This document shows positions 38,795-52,389 of a DNA stretch of 64,000 bases, piece after piece. The notes under the pieces are model-generated. The model was not told where the DNA came from, ran no database searches, and worked only from the letters and a program-made list of their open reading frames with translations. The number at the start of each line of letters is the position of its first letter. Position 1 is the stretch's first letter. This DNA comes from the human T2T-CHM13v2.0 reference genome, Homo sapiens, in NCBI RefSeq assembly GCF_009914755.1, contig NC_060947.1. The stretch is one strand, 5' to 3'. The position numbers were made by a program, and so were the translations under genes.

Positions 38795-41700
38795 TATACA
38801 GTGTATATAGTGTTAGGGACTTGGCTTCCCGAGTGGAACTGAGAGCCAAATACAATAAAAACTGTCTTCTCTACTTTATACATACATATATGTATGTATG
38901 TATCTAGTGATTGAGAAATAACAAGCAGGAAACTGCAACTGGTTCTCAGGAAACAAGAGCAGCTGGCAATAGTATCTTAAATATAAGCAGGTCTAGTTTT
39001 ACATTATTACTTTTTATTTTTAACCAGTATACACAGATGTGCCTCAATATTTAAATGGGCCAATTGATAAATACTTCAAGAAAGAGAGAAATCCTACTAA
39101 AATTATTTTAACAAGGCTAAAATGTGGATTTCTTTATATTTTGATTGTTTTAATAGGTCAAAACAGACTTTAAATATACTTCTTATAGCCATTTAGCCTT
39201 GGGACTTCTACCTGAGCCTGACAGTGATGTCTACTAATTGTTATTTATGGATGTCAAGAGATTTTACCCTTTTTAAAAAATTTTCTGTTTTTTTTTTTCT
39301 AACATAGTACTTAACTCGTGATTTTCCTCATCCCAGCACCGATAAACAGTTCTTATGGGATTGTTGCACTGGAGTTTGAGCAAAGATTACATTAGAAATT
39401 TAGTAGTCAAGATTTGTCATTACTCTTCTCAGTTTCATAGCTTTACTATATAAACAAACTCCTCCCACCTCCTCTTGTACTCTCTTCCATAAACAAAGAA
39501 AGATAGATGAAAGCCAAAAAAATAGCCATTCCAAAATATTTGGTGTTTAGCATCTTATACTGAAATTCCCTTTTACTATTCAATCTACTTGAAGTTTAAT
39601 TTTTCTTTAAATAAATTATTTGGGAAGAAAAAAAAACATATTTTCCCTGCTACTACTGCTGTACTTTTATTTGACTGATTTTCTGTTTATTAGTCATTCA
39701 TCTGGATTGGTGCCTGTATATTTTCCAAAAGGCTTAATATTAACAATTATTTCTTTGGCCATATTGAATCTTAGCACAAAATTTTATTCTTTTCTGAATC
39801 TAAGGCTTTTCACAGGTATTTTCTTATTTATGCTTACAACACTCTTGTAGATTATAAAAAACACATCACTATTTATAAAATAAGAAATGCACAAAGCTAA
39901 CTTGATTAAGGTTACATTAGCCTGTAAGTTAGGAACAAGAAAAAGACAAAAATAAACAACAATTAAAAAAACCCGTGTCTCCTGGTTCTCAGTATGATGC
40001 ACAAAATTTTTCCTTGATGACTCTATAAGGCAGGTAACTAGTATAGTCATCATGGATGAACAAAAAAACGTTTTTGGGAAGGAAAATTGAGACTGGAACT
40101 AACTGCTACTGGCAGGGTAAAGGGCAGTGGTTGGGCAAGGCTGACAGGATTAGCAAGTAATCAGGAAGGATCAGATGTCTTCTTTCTCTTTCAATTTTGT
40201 AGCCTCCCTCTAGTGCCCCTATTGGCAAAACCAGGTAGCAAAGGAGACATGTGTTATGCAGAGTCCCATCCTGGTGCCAGCACCACAAAACAATGTATAG
40301 AATTGTTTATTTGTAGCTGAGAGACAACAGCTTAATAACAATCACCACAGCTTACTCTGATTACTTACGATCTGTAGCCTTCCTACAAATATTTAACTTC
40401 TATAAAACAAAACTCTATGCTTTCTATCCTTCCTCCAAATAAAGATGTTTTCCCCTTTCTCCTAACACAAAGTTCCAACATTTAAGATGTCCATCTCTAG
40501 CTGATATTAAATAGCCTTAAATTCCGCCTGAACATTTTATAATCTAAAGCTTACATTGTAAACTTAACTGCTAGCAAAAATGTTCATATAAAATAACAAG
40601 GGGGAAAATTGCAGAGAGGAAAAAAGAAATTGTGTGCACTTGCACACACCCACACACCGTGTATATATACATATGTATGAATTATTATATATGTTTGTGT
40701 GTTTGTGTGTGTGTGTACACACACAAAAATCAAGGGAAGAAATAGGCATAGCTGATACAGCCCTTTTTCTTTCATGAGGTTACAAATAATTCTTATGAAT
40801 ACCTTCTTCCAATACTCCTTCCATGTTTCTTTGCTGTAACCAGGACTCAGTTAGTAGGTATTCTTTCCTATACAGTGACATTCTCAAAGGGTCTGAATCC
40901 TTAGTCCTGCCTTCCTCCTTTTTGAGTTAGTTTTCCGTTACTCTTTTCTCTTGATGATGAAAAGATTAAGAGGCAGCGTGGAAGTACTAAGAAGGCAGTT
41001 CCGAACATATTCGATTTTATTTACATTGTGTAGCAGCAACAAAAATTCTTCTTGGTAATCAGGATTCATCTTCTGAGATGACAAAACTGTCAATGGCAGG
41101 TGACTTTCATAGGCATATTGTTCCATAATATAGTTTATTAAATTACGACATTTATTGATGCCAACCTTCCGAATCTCTTGGCCTGTTCTTACATAGGATG
41201 TGACGTGGTCACACTGGCAAGGACCATAGGTAGTGGCACACGTCTGTGTGCCTGGTGGAAAATCTGGAGAACTCAGCAGGTTGATTTTGCTTAGATATTT
41301 AAATTTAATTTTAAAGTGGTTATAATAATTTCCAAGATTACATTCACCTTTTATTTGCAGTAGTAAGAAACTAAGGCTATGTCTAGTTGATTACAGTATA
41401 ACAGGTAAATATGAAAATTTTAATAATGGTTAAATCTAGGGGAGCTACACTGCCCTTCCACAAGTTAAATGCCTTTGGTCCAGACAAGATCTTTGGACCT
41501 TCATCTTTTTTCCTCTATACAGGCTTCCATATATTACCCTGTGTTTCTCTCATCTTTATCATTTCTGCAATACTTTGTAGCCCTTGAGGGTCCTTTTCAC
41601 TGTAAGACTGGTTATAAAATAGGACTTAGCAGTTGCTCTTTTTGTTGTCCTCCCAAATACCCTTCTTGATTAAAGTGTTTTTCTCATAATCACTATGGGG

Positions 41701-42035
41701 AAAATATTGAGGTTAATAGGTTAATACAAATGTCTTTGCTTCATTCACTCAACAGGTCATCACTGAACACTTACTTCATACCAGGAATTGTGCTAACCCC
41801 TATGGTTTCGGTAGTTGAACCAAACAGTACTTGCTCTTATGGAGATTCTAGTTCTAGGAAATCACATGATATTGGTTATATAGAGCTCAACCATCTTTCA
41901 AAGTTATTACACTCATTGTCTTTCTCTATAATTTCTTATGCTTGCTAGAATAAGATAGTGTCTCTGTTTTCGAAACAAAAATTGCCCCCAGTCTGATATT
42001 AAGAGAGACAATTTGATATCAGAAATATTTCAGAG

Positions 42036-42338
42036 GGCCGGGCATGGTGGCTCACGCCTGTAATCCTAGCACTTTGGGAGGCCGAGGCGGGAAGATCACC
42101 TGAGGTAAGGCAGTCAAGACCAGCCTGGCCAACATGGCGAAACCCCATCTCTACTAAAAATATAAAAATTAGCCAGCCGTGGTGGCACATGCCTGTAATC
42201 CCAGCTACTCAGGAGGCTGAGGCAAGAGAATCACTTGAACCCAGGAGGCAGAGGTTTCAGTGAGCCAACATCGCACCACTGCACTCCAGCCTGGGCCACA
42301 GAGCAAGACTTCATCTCAAAATAAATAAATAAATAAAT
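42036..42338 (+). mobile_element. AluS (Sx/Sz-like)
   Basis: Full dimer, (AAAT)n tail, imperfect TSD AAATATTTCAGA / AAATAGTTTCAGA. Confidence 0.95.
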
Positions 42339-42869
42339 AGTTTCAGAAAAACTGCAACTTATAGTCATATAATATTCAATGTTAAGTTTACCTGCTTAGA
42401 CTCTGGTGCAAAGTAGATTCAGGCTCGCACCATCATTATATTAATATTTGGGAAGTTCAGTTGTAATTTTGGAATTGTGGAAATTTCAATCTCTTTCAGG
42501 GTCACTTTCATAATCTCTGTATGTCCCTCTCTCCCACCTAAACTTTACTTTTATGATCTCCTTGCTTAAAGCAAGTGGCTTCCTGCGTGCCTTCATTTCT
42601 CTCGTCTCTCCTGGGAAATCTCCAGATCCAAGAAGGCTTACTTTCTTCTCTGTTTCTGGCCTCTGCACTGAATGTTTTTTCTCAAAACATTACTAGACGT
42701 ATTTAAATACTGATTCCGTATTCAAGTAAATTGTGATTCTTTTACCTATTGTTCTAGGTTAATGAACCTTCATCTATGGACGTGATCTCTCTCTGTCCCT
42801 GGTTCTTTATAACTCTTGAATTTGCCTTCTGCCAGACCTTGTTTGAGGAGATTTCCATGTATAATTCTA

Positions 42870-43400
42870 CCTACTCCTCACAGCAACCCTATGAAAAAGC
42901 AATTTTATTATCTCCATTTTATAGACGAGGACATTGAGGTCCAAAGAGGGTGAGGTGATTTGCTCAAGGTCACATGGAGGCTGTGTGATCCTAGTGGCTG
43001 GTCTTTTACCTAACACCTTGTAAGATAACTTATGTCTGTAATATATAGATTCATGTTCAGAATTAACTGAGTACAAGCGCAATGTGACTCAGTGGTGGGT
43101 GTCATTGCCACAAATGAAAACAGGCTTTATTCATACAAATGGCTTTATAATAATGAATAAGTGTTAATAATTTTCTTCTGTTTTGTGTTGGACATAGCAT
43201 ATCTGGAGTTGTGTATTCAGTTCCAGCTACCATATTTCAAGAGAGATATTAAACTAGAAAGTACCCAGGAGGAAACTTTGAGTTTCTGAAAACCATGTCA
43301 GATGACAAACCACTGAAGGGAATGATGCAAAAGTAGAAGTTTAACTGTCCTCAGTCATTTAGAAGACTATCCTGTAGAAAAGAGATTAAACTTCTACACA
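42870..43400. mobile_element. MIR (-) followed by a CR1/L3 fragment (+)
   Basis: CCATTTTATAGACGAGG..CAAGGTCACA; ATCTGGAGTTGTGTATTCAGTTC..AAACTAGA. Confidence 0.6.
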
Positions 43401-43789
43401 TTTTGCAATCTAGCTAATCATGTAGAGCACTTTGCTAAAAGGCTGTTAAATGGTGTTTCATGTTACTTTACTCTGTACATGTCTTGGTTTTATGTTTGGT
43501 TCCCATTTTTTGTGTGTTTTTAGTTCTTTTTTTAAACTGTCTGATATAGGTTGCTAGGTTCCAAGAAGCAATTTATGTTATTCATTTGGTACAAGACCAT
43601 ACAAAATTAGACTTCCAATTATTTTAAATGGCAAATATGCCTTTTTAAAAAGAAAACAGTATCTATGCTTCTGTCAATTTAATATCTGTTGGTGAATAGA
43701 AGAGGTCTGCTTCGTCATGCTTTAATGATGATTTGACTGAATTATTATTTGTCCTAGTGTTACAACTTGTTGTTGTGTGTTTTTTTCTT

Positions 43790-44550
43790 AATGGACTATT
43801 TTTTAGAACAGTTTTCAATTCACAGGAAAGTTTAGTAGAAGGTACAGAGATTTTCCATATCCCTCTACCCCTAAACATGCATACCTTCCCCTTTATCAAC
43901 ATCCTCCACCAGAGCTGTACATTTATTACAACTGATTCACACACCATTATGGAGCCCAGTCCATAGTTTACAAAAGGGTTCACTCTTGGTGTTGTACATT
44001 CTGTGGGTTTTGTATATGACACTATAATGGTGTCCACTGTTATAGTATCATGTAGAGTAGTTTCACTACCCAAAACATCCTCCGTTCTCACATGGATACA
44101 AGGAGGGAAACATCATACGCCAGGGCCTGTCAGGGGGTGGCGGGCAAGGGGAGGGAGAGCATTAGGACAAATACCTAATGCATGTGGGGCTTAAAACCTA
44201 GATGACAGGTTGATAGGTGCAGCAAACCACCATGGCACATGTGTACCTATGTGACAAGCCTGCATATGTACCCCAGAACTTAAAGTAAAATAAAATAAAA
44301 TAAAGAGTGAAGATGTGAGAGCCAAATCGATTGGATTCAAATCTGGTCTCCACTACTTACTAGCTATGTGATATTTGATAAGTCACACATCCTCCCTGCC
44401 TCATTACTCTATAAAATGGGCATGGTAAGATACTTTATAGTATTATTTTGAGGACTTAAGGAGATACTATTTGTTAAAGCACCTAATATCTTGCTTGGCA
44501 CACGGCCCTCAATAAATATTAGATACTATTTTTAAAAATCCCCTGTTCTC
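43790..44550. mobile_element. L1MC1-like 3' end (-), L1PA7-10-like 3' end (+, 44089-44304) and MIR (+, about 44320-44520)
   Basis: TTTTTTAGAACAGTTTT..AGAAGGTACAGAGA; GCATTAGGACAAATACCTAATGCATG; MIR core and CTCAATAAAT end. Confidence 0.8.
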
Positions 44551-44734
44551 TGCCACTCTGCGTTTCCAAAAGAAAAAGAAAAAAAATTCATATGATTCTT
44601 GCATTTTTATTCTATGCCTGCCTTAATATGAGGAAGCTTGCACTCTTACTTGTATAGATTTCTTAGTAATGCTATAATGTACTTAAAAACGGCCTTACAG
44701 TTTCCTGTAGTGAAACACAGATTCTGGCCCAAAG

Positions 44735-46060
44735 ATATATATATACACACACATATACATATAATATACATACATTATATATTATATATGATATGTATAC
44801 ATTATATATTATATATGATATGTATACATTATATATTATATATGATATGTATACATTATATATTATATATGATATGTATACATTATATATTATATATGAT
44901 ATGTATACATTATATATTATAAAATATGTATACATTATGTATTATAAAATATGTATACATTATGTATTATAAAATATGTATACATTATGTATTATAAATA
45001 ATAAATATACATTATGTATTATAAATAATAAATATACATTATGTATTATAAATAATATATATACATTATGTGTTATAAATAATATATATACATTATGTGT
45101 TATAAATAATATATATACATTATGTGTTATAAATAATATATATACATTATGTGTTATATATAATATATACACATTATGTGTTATATATAATATATATACA
45201 GTATATATTATATATAATATATATACAGTATATATTATATATAATATATATACAGTATATATTATATAATATATATACAGTATATATTATATAATATATG
45301 TACAGTATATATTATATAATATATATACAGTATATATATTATATAATATATATACTGTATATATTATATAATATATATACAGTATATATATTATATAATA
45401 TATATACAGTATATATTATATAATATATATACAGTATATATTATATAATATATATACTGTATATATTATATAATATATACAGTATATATTATATAATATA
45501 TACAGTATATATATTATATAATATATACAGTATATATTATATAATATATATACAGTATATATTATATAATATATATACTGTATATATTATATAATATATA
45601 CTGTATATATATTATATAATATATATACAGTATATATTACATAATATATACAGTATATATTATATAATATATATACTGTATATATATTATATAATATATA
45701 TACAGTATATATTATATAATATGTGTACAATTATATATTATATAATTGTATACATATATGCATGTATATATACATGTATATATAAATATATAATATATAT
45801 AATATATGTATACATATAATATATAGTATATATAATGTATACATGTATACATATGTATCTATGTATACATATAATATATAATATATTATATAGTATATAT
45901 GTATATTATATATAATATATGTATATATAATATATAATGTTTATATAATATGCGTATGCATATAATATATGTATATGTATTATATACACACAAATATGTG
46001 TGTACATATATATCTTATTTATATATAATATATATAATATGTAATATATATGTATATGTA
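44735..46060. repeat. 1.3 kb AT-rich minisatellite / interrupted (TA)n array
   Basis: Blocks of 23-27-bp units such as TATATATTATATATGATATGTATACAT, TATGTGTTATAAATAATATATATACAT and CAGTATATATTATATAATATATATA. Confidence 0.97.
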
Positions 46061-47479
46061 ATAGTGCATAAAGCATGTTAGCTTTGAATAACTATGGCCA
46101 CACCTTAGGTAAAACCTTGTTCACGGTGTACTCTAATATGTACACTAATTTAGTGACCACTTATGCTAATAGTATCTGGCACAGGTGAACAGGTTGACAA
46201 GTACTTTCAGTGAATATTATCAGACAGTTATGCATTTAGAAAGTAGTACATCATGTAATGTTTAAATGTACTTAGATGGTTAAAATAAACCTCACACCTC
46301 AATTTCAGTGTGTTGTAATAATCCGTGCCAAGAAGGAAAACAAAGTTTATAAAAAGTTCCCTTTCACGTGTTCTGTTTGAAATCTGCTGGCACCTTCAAT
46401 TTTGACTATTTAAATACAGCTTCCTCCATCACAGCTGGGTGCCTGTGAATAAGAAATATTTAAATACACTGCTAAATTTTCTAAATGGAATTTTTAGAAA
46501 TTCCACATTATACATCTGCATGTGCAATTTCAGCTAAGTCATAATACAGCATAATAGTAATATATTCCTTACTTTGCTAATTACATTATTATCGAATTAG
46601 TTTTAAAACAGATTGCCAGAATATTTGATATGATTTTCTAACTGCTGCTTAGTGTTAAAAAGTAAAGCTGCTACCACTGGTGATTCACTGAGAGATTTTA
46701 AAATGTTCTTGTCACAGCAATAATAATTTAAATGGGTTGAAGTTAGAGTCCCATGCTCTTACAGCATGGTTGAAGTTTGGAGCCCACAAGCTTTATGAGA
46801 ATGAATGAATATAATACTTAACCACTCTGACAAGGTACTTGTGATACATTTGATAAACCAAAGACAGCTGGGACATTTTCAGGCAGATTGGTGGATCTGA
46901 TAATATAAATTCAAGAGGCCATTTTTTGTCTTATTTTTCATCTTTGCATGCCTCCCATTGTGCCTAGCACAGTTCATTGCATGTAACAGGTAGTCAAACA
47001 ACATTGGCTGAATGAGTGAATGGGGTTGTAGAGTCCAAGATCTGTCCAGAGCTGGGGTGGGGTACATAGACGGTAAGTGCTTACCTTTTTCTCTATCCCC
47101 TCGGGAAACATGAGCATTTGAGGGACTTGCACACATTTCTACACAAGCCAGAAGCCAAGTCAATTGTGTATCAAGGATGGACCTTATCTTTAAGAAGTTA
47201 TATTAAGCTAGAGTGACAAAATATATAGAATGTTTAAAAAATGTACAGTCACTTATGTAAAAGACCCATACATGCGTATTCATGCTGCTGTAAGATATAT
47301 TACGTATATATGTATTTATACTGAAAATATTAATGTTAGAAATCTTTAGCATATAAGCTTCGAGAAACAAATATTCAAAATGTTCAATATCAGCTTTATT
47401 TTCAACCCTCACATACTGAATTCCTCAGTCATCTTTGAGCTACAGAGGTATCCTTCTTCCTTCAAAGCTGTCACGTAAC

Positions 47480-47710
47480 CCTCGGTATAGTAGAAAACGA
47501 ATTAATTTTGCTGTCATACAGACCCGGGTGTTAGTGTTGGCCCTTCTATTAGCTCTGCGACCTTAGACACTTAACCTCTTTAAGGTTTAAAAGCTTCACA
47601 TATGAAATGGGACAATAATGCCATCTACACCACAGGCTTATTGTGATAATTAAGTAAACTCACATGTACAAACACCTACCACATTATAATGTTTCAATGC
47701 ATGCTAGTTT
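47480..47710 (+). mobile_element. MIR
   Basis: GGTATAGTAGAAA..CAGACCCGGGT..GCTCTGCGACCTT..ACTTAACCTCT..TGAAATGGG. Confidence 0.7.
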
Positions 47711-48914
47711 CCTTGGATCTGCTTACTACAATACATCTATATATGTGATTGATTTCATAGTCAAGTCCATGAATATTTCTCTTAGTAGTATTTTTGTGTG
47801 TCTTTAAAAATCATTTAAAATCTGTGTACATCCTTAAACATTGATGCAGTTCTGCTGCTTAAAATCTCTTCATTGTTTATTAGCACACTATTTGTCAGTT
47901 AGTGATCTTATCACCAAACAGTAGCTATCATCACAATTCATTTACACTTTTAAGCACATTTTCACATTCAAATCGTGGATCTATTTTATGAAACTACTTG
48001 AATATAACAGAACAATCAATGAATAGTTAACTAAGGTAAATTTTTAGATAATATGGACTAAGATGCTATTTCCACTGCTCGTGGGTTGGTTGCATAAGCC
48101 ACAAAAAATTGAACTTTCTAAACCTCTTGATCGCATTTGTAAGTCATTTCATTACCACTTTTAGTGAATGCATCCTCTTAGGTAACCTCAAGTCATTTAC
48201 TATTGAAGATAACAGAATAATAAGGCTTAGTCAGCCTTTGCATCTTGCTGCCGGCAGATGTAGCACAGACTTCACTGAGTCCTGAGGAAAGGTCCAAAGT
48301 TTCTTAAGTTCAGCTGACTATAAATGTAAAGATTGCACTGTGCAGCTCAGTGACTCTCTCAGTCACTATATTTGGTGGGGCATACTTTGTGACAGTCTCA
48401 GGGAAGGAAAGTATCTGGTGTCCTGGGGCTGGGGGTAAGATGATGAGCTTAAGACCCATGCAGGAAGCTGCAGCAGGTTAGTGGTTGGTTAGCTAATTAG
48501 TGAAAGATTAGTGCTTGGCTAAGGGCCTAGAAGATAATGCACAAGGCAAGCCCAAGGAGGAAGAGACAGCTGGCTAAACAGAATAAAAGTCACAAACAAA
48601 ATAAAGTGGGACAAGGATTGTAGGGTGTAATTCACAGCAGGGAGATTCAATGGCTAAAAATGGATGATTTGGTAAGTTCCTATAATAGGCTCAGGATGGT
48701 ATGAATAATGAATGGTGGAGATATTTTGAAAATGAGAGGTGAATCTGCTCTGATCATCATGGAAGAGTAGGTGAAGAATAAATGTTCTTATAGGAGTGAA
48801 GGGAAGTTGAATCATTAGATACAGTGGCCAGCTTTTCGTGCTAGAGTGAACCAAGAGGTTAAGAAAACACTGACTGCTACACTTTACAACCTAAATATTT
48901 AGTTAAATTATTCT

Positions 48915-50765
48915 AAGCCCTTTTCAGAAACAGGAAAAAAATTCTAAAATTTGTATAGAATCTCAAGGGTCCCTGAATTACCAAAACAATCTTGATAAAC
49001 AAGAATGAATTGGAGACCTCATTCTTGCTGATTTCTATACATATTACAACACTATAGTAATCAAAACAGTATGGTGCTAGCATAAAGACAGGCATATAGA
49101 CCAATAGAACAGAATAGAGAGCCCCAAAATAAATTCTCATGTATATGGTCAAATAATATAACAAGATGCGAAGATCCCACAATGGGGAAAGGATAGTCAT
49201 TTCAAAACATGGTGCTGGGATAGGCACATGCAAAAAATGAAGTTAGACTCTCACTTTATACTTTATAAAAATTAACTCAAAATAGATTAAAGATATAAAT
49301 ATAAGCCCTAAACTAAAACACTCCTAGAGGGAAACATACGAGAAAAGCTTCATGACATTAGATTTTGCAGTAATCTATTAGATATGACACCAAAATCACA
49401 TGCAACAAAAGCAAAAATACACTAATGAAACAAACATCAAACTTAAAAACTGCTACACATTAAAGAAAAGAATCAACAGAATAAAAAACAGAATCCATGT
49501 ACAGAATAAGAAAAATAATTGTAAATTACACATCTGACAAGGGGTTAATATGCAAACTATATAAGTAACTCCTACAAATAAACAACAAAGGTGTTAACCT
49601 GATTACAAAATAGGCAAAGAATTTGAATAGACATTTCTCCAAAAGCGATATAGAAATGGCTATCAAGTTAGGCCGGGTACAGTGGCTCATGCCTGTAATC
49701 CCAGCACTTTGGGAGGCAAAGGCGGGCAGATCACCTGAGGTCGGGAATTCAAGACCAGCCTGATCAACATGGAGAAACCCCGTCTCTACTAAAAATACAA
49801 AATTAGCCAGGCATGGTGGCACATACCTGTAATCCCAGCTACTCAGGAGGCTGAGGCAGGAGAATCACTTGAACCCAGGAGGCGGAGGTTGGAGTGAGCC
49901 AAGATTGCGCCATTGCACTCCAGCATGGGCAACAAGTGCAAAACTAGGTCTCAAAAAAAAAAAAAAAAAAAGGCTATCAGGTGTATTACAGGAGACCCTA
50001 CATCACTAATCATTACAGAAATGCAAATCAAAATGACAATGAGATATCACCTGACACCCGTTAGTAAAACAAACAAAAACAAAAATTAATGAGCGTTGGC
50101 AAGAACGGGGAGAAATTGGAACCCTTGTGCCTTGCTGGTGGGAATGTAAAATGATGCAGCCATTATGGAAGACAAAGTGAAGATCCCTCAAAAACACCTA
50201 AACACACCATTACCGTATGACCCAGCAATCCCACTTCTGGATATATTTCCAAAATAATTGAAAAAAGGATCTTGAAGAGATATATGTACATCTATGTTCA
50301 TTGCAGCATTATTCCCAATAGCCAAGAGGTAGAAGCAATCGAAATGTCCATTGACAGATAAATGGATGAATAAAATGTGGTATGTACAATGGCATATCAT
50401 ATTATTTCATTTTTAAAAAGAAAATTCTGTCACATGCTAAAACATGGATGAGCCTAGAGGACTTTATGCTAAGTGAAATAAACCATTCACTGACAGATAA
50501 ATATTATATGATTCCATTTAAGTTAGATATCTGGAGTAGTCAAAAGCATAGAAAAAGAAAGTAGAATGATGATTATGAGGGGCTGCGGTAGGGGGAAATG
50601 AAAAGTTGTTCAATTCAGTAGGTATAGCTTCAGTTTTGCAAGTGAGAAATTCTAGAGATCTGTTATACAATAATATGAATATAGTTAACACTACTGAATA
50701 TATGCTTAAAATGGCTAAGAGGATATGTTTTATATTACGTGTTTTTACTATAATTAAAAACGAAA
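48915..50765 (+). mobile_element. L1MB-like 3' portion interrupted by an AluSp
   Basis: Degenerate ORF2 (GTAATCAAAACAGTATGGT, GACCAATAGAACAGAATAGAG) and L1MB 3' UTR. Confidence 0.88.
49671..49972 (+). mobile_element. AluSp
   Basis: Diagnostic GAGGTCGGGA and AACATGGAGAAACCC; TSD-like GGCTATCA on both sides. Confidence 0.93.
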
Positions 50766-51463
50766 AATAAAAGAAACTTCCACTGTAGCCACATACACAC
50801 ACACACACACACACACAAAATCAATCCACTTAAAGCCTTAAAACGTAGGACTTGCATATGTAACTTATCTGTGCATCAGGTGGCTTAAGGCTTGCCAGAG
50901 CTTACACAACCAGCTGGCTGTGAGCCGGAAGCCAGATTTTCTGAATTTCAATACAATGAGAGTTCCTCCAGAGATTCCTCTCTATCACCTTACCCTCTGT
51001 TAGCATGGAATCTAACACATAGGGCCTACTCCAGTAAAAATTCTGGAAGAAAAAAATGCCTCCCACATTGGCTAATCACCTCCCTTCTTAGTTAGTTGAA
51101 GGAAAAAATAGATATTTACCTCCGTTTTCTAGGTGTGTACCAGGACAAGCAATTCTGCATGTAAACAATTTTACTTCTGTTAGTAAAATGGACATGACAT
51201 AAAGAAGCAAACATATTTCAAAATGCAAAACAATTCTGGAAAGATTTTAAAAAATACTTAAAATGGAGTATTGCTGTTTCGTGTCTCCATTTGACACAGA
51301 CTCCACTGGGTGTTAACTTTTGAAGGTGTAAGATTTGCCACTGTGGTGCGTCTTGCCCCAAAATACACGTTTGCTACTGGTTTAGAAACGGATTCAAAAT
51401 GATATTGTGGAACCTTTGGTTTTCCACAGTATTTTGGAAACCTATTATGTTACATACTTCTTT

Positions 51464-51482
51464 CAGCCACCAGGTGGCATGT
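51464..51482 (+). promoter_or_regulatory. Candidate CTCF site
   Basis: CAGCCACCAGGTGGCATG matches the CCASYAGRKGGCR core and lies in apparently unique DNA. Confidence 0.55.
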
Positions 51483-52389
51483 GCTTTGCTGAGAAAATAT
51501 ACAATGAAACTGTAACTAAAGATGTATTCTAGTGAGATGAATTCTATCTAATTTTACATATCTAACAAAAAATAATAATGTTTTTATCATGAATTCAATC
51601 AGTGAAAAGCTATATTGTAATAGATTTCATAGTTATGAATATGTCATTTAAAGTCGGGAGCTGCAGGGTAGACAGTGATCCTAGCAAAGAACTCATAAAT
51701 AAAATTTATAATTGATTTAAAGTAGTTGAGCATAGTTTCATTAATGTATATTTTCTTAACTTAAAGCATTATTTTTTTTTTAATGAGCTGGTCTTTTAAA
51801 ATGAAGGTAAAAAACCCACATACGCAATTTTATTATAATTTATAACCCAGGTTGTCAGTGATAAATCCACACACGATTACCTAAGTATCAGACCAAATAA
51901 AGGTAAAAATAGGCTGTAGTTTAGAAAACTTCCAGATATTAAGAACAATTAGAGGATAATTATTTATTTTACCAAAAATTATTCTACAAAAGTATTCTCT
52001 GCCGTATTGCTTAAAAGAGTGAATTTTGTTAGACCATTTAACTTTTCATCTGACTTATCACAAAAACGGGAAGAAAGGGCAACCAGATGCTTATAAAGTT
52101 GTGCCAACCTTGTGGGGGTGAAGAAGTCTTTGAAAAAGTGACAAGATAGTATTTACTATTTTCCTCTTTCTCAATAATTTACTTTTCTTTCTATCTCTAA
52201 CCCCAAATCCAAGTAGATAACCCTTTTTATGCTCACTATTCAGAAGAATAATAAAGCAGAAAGCAGAGAATATGAAATGTTCTTAGCTAGGGTTTTCAAA
52301 AAAAATTAAGCTTTTAGGAAATTGACATGCCTATTTTAAAAATATTTATTCTGTTAATCAAACCCTAAATGATATGCCCTATTTCTAAA

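Noticed and set aside
41199-41252. GTGACGTGGTCAC and GGCACACGTCTGTGTGCC small inverted repeats with a CRE-like core
   Set aside because: Too short to distinguish from chance without conservation or chromatin data.
44638-45269. Repetitive ORFs and a CRISPR-like periodic look
   Set aside because: Translations of an AT minisatellite; no unique spacers, no cas genes, eukaryotic DNA.
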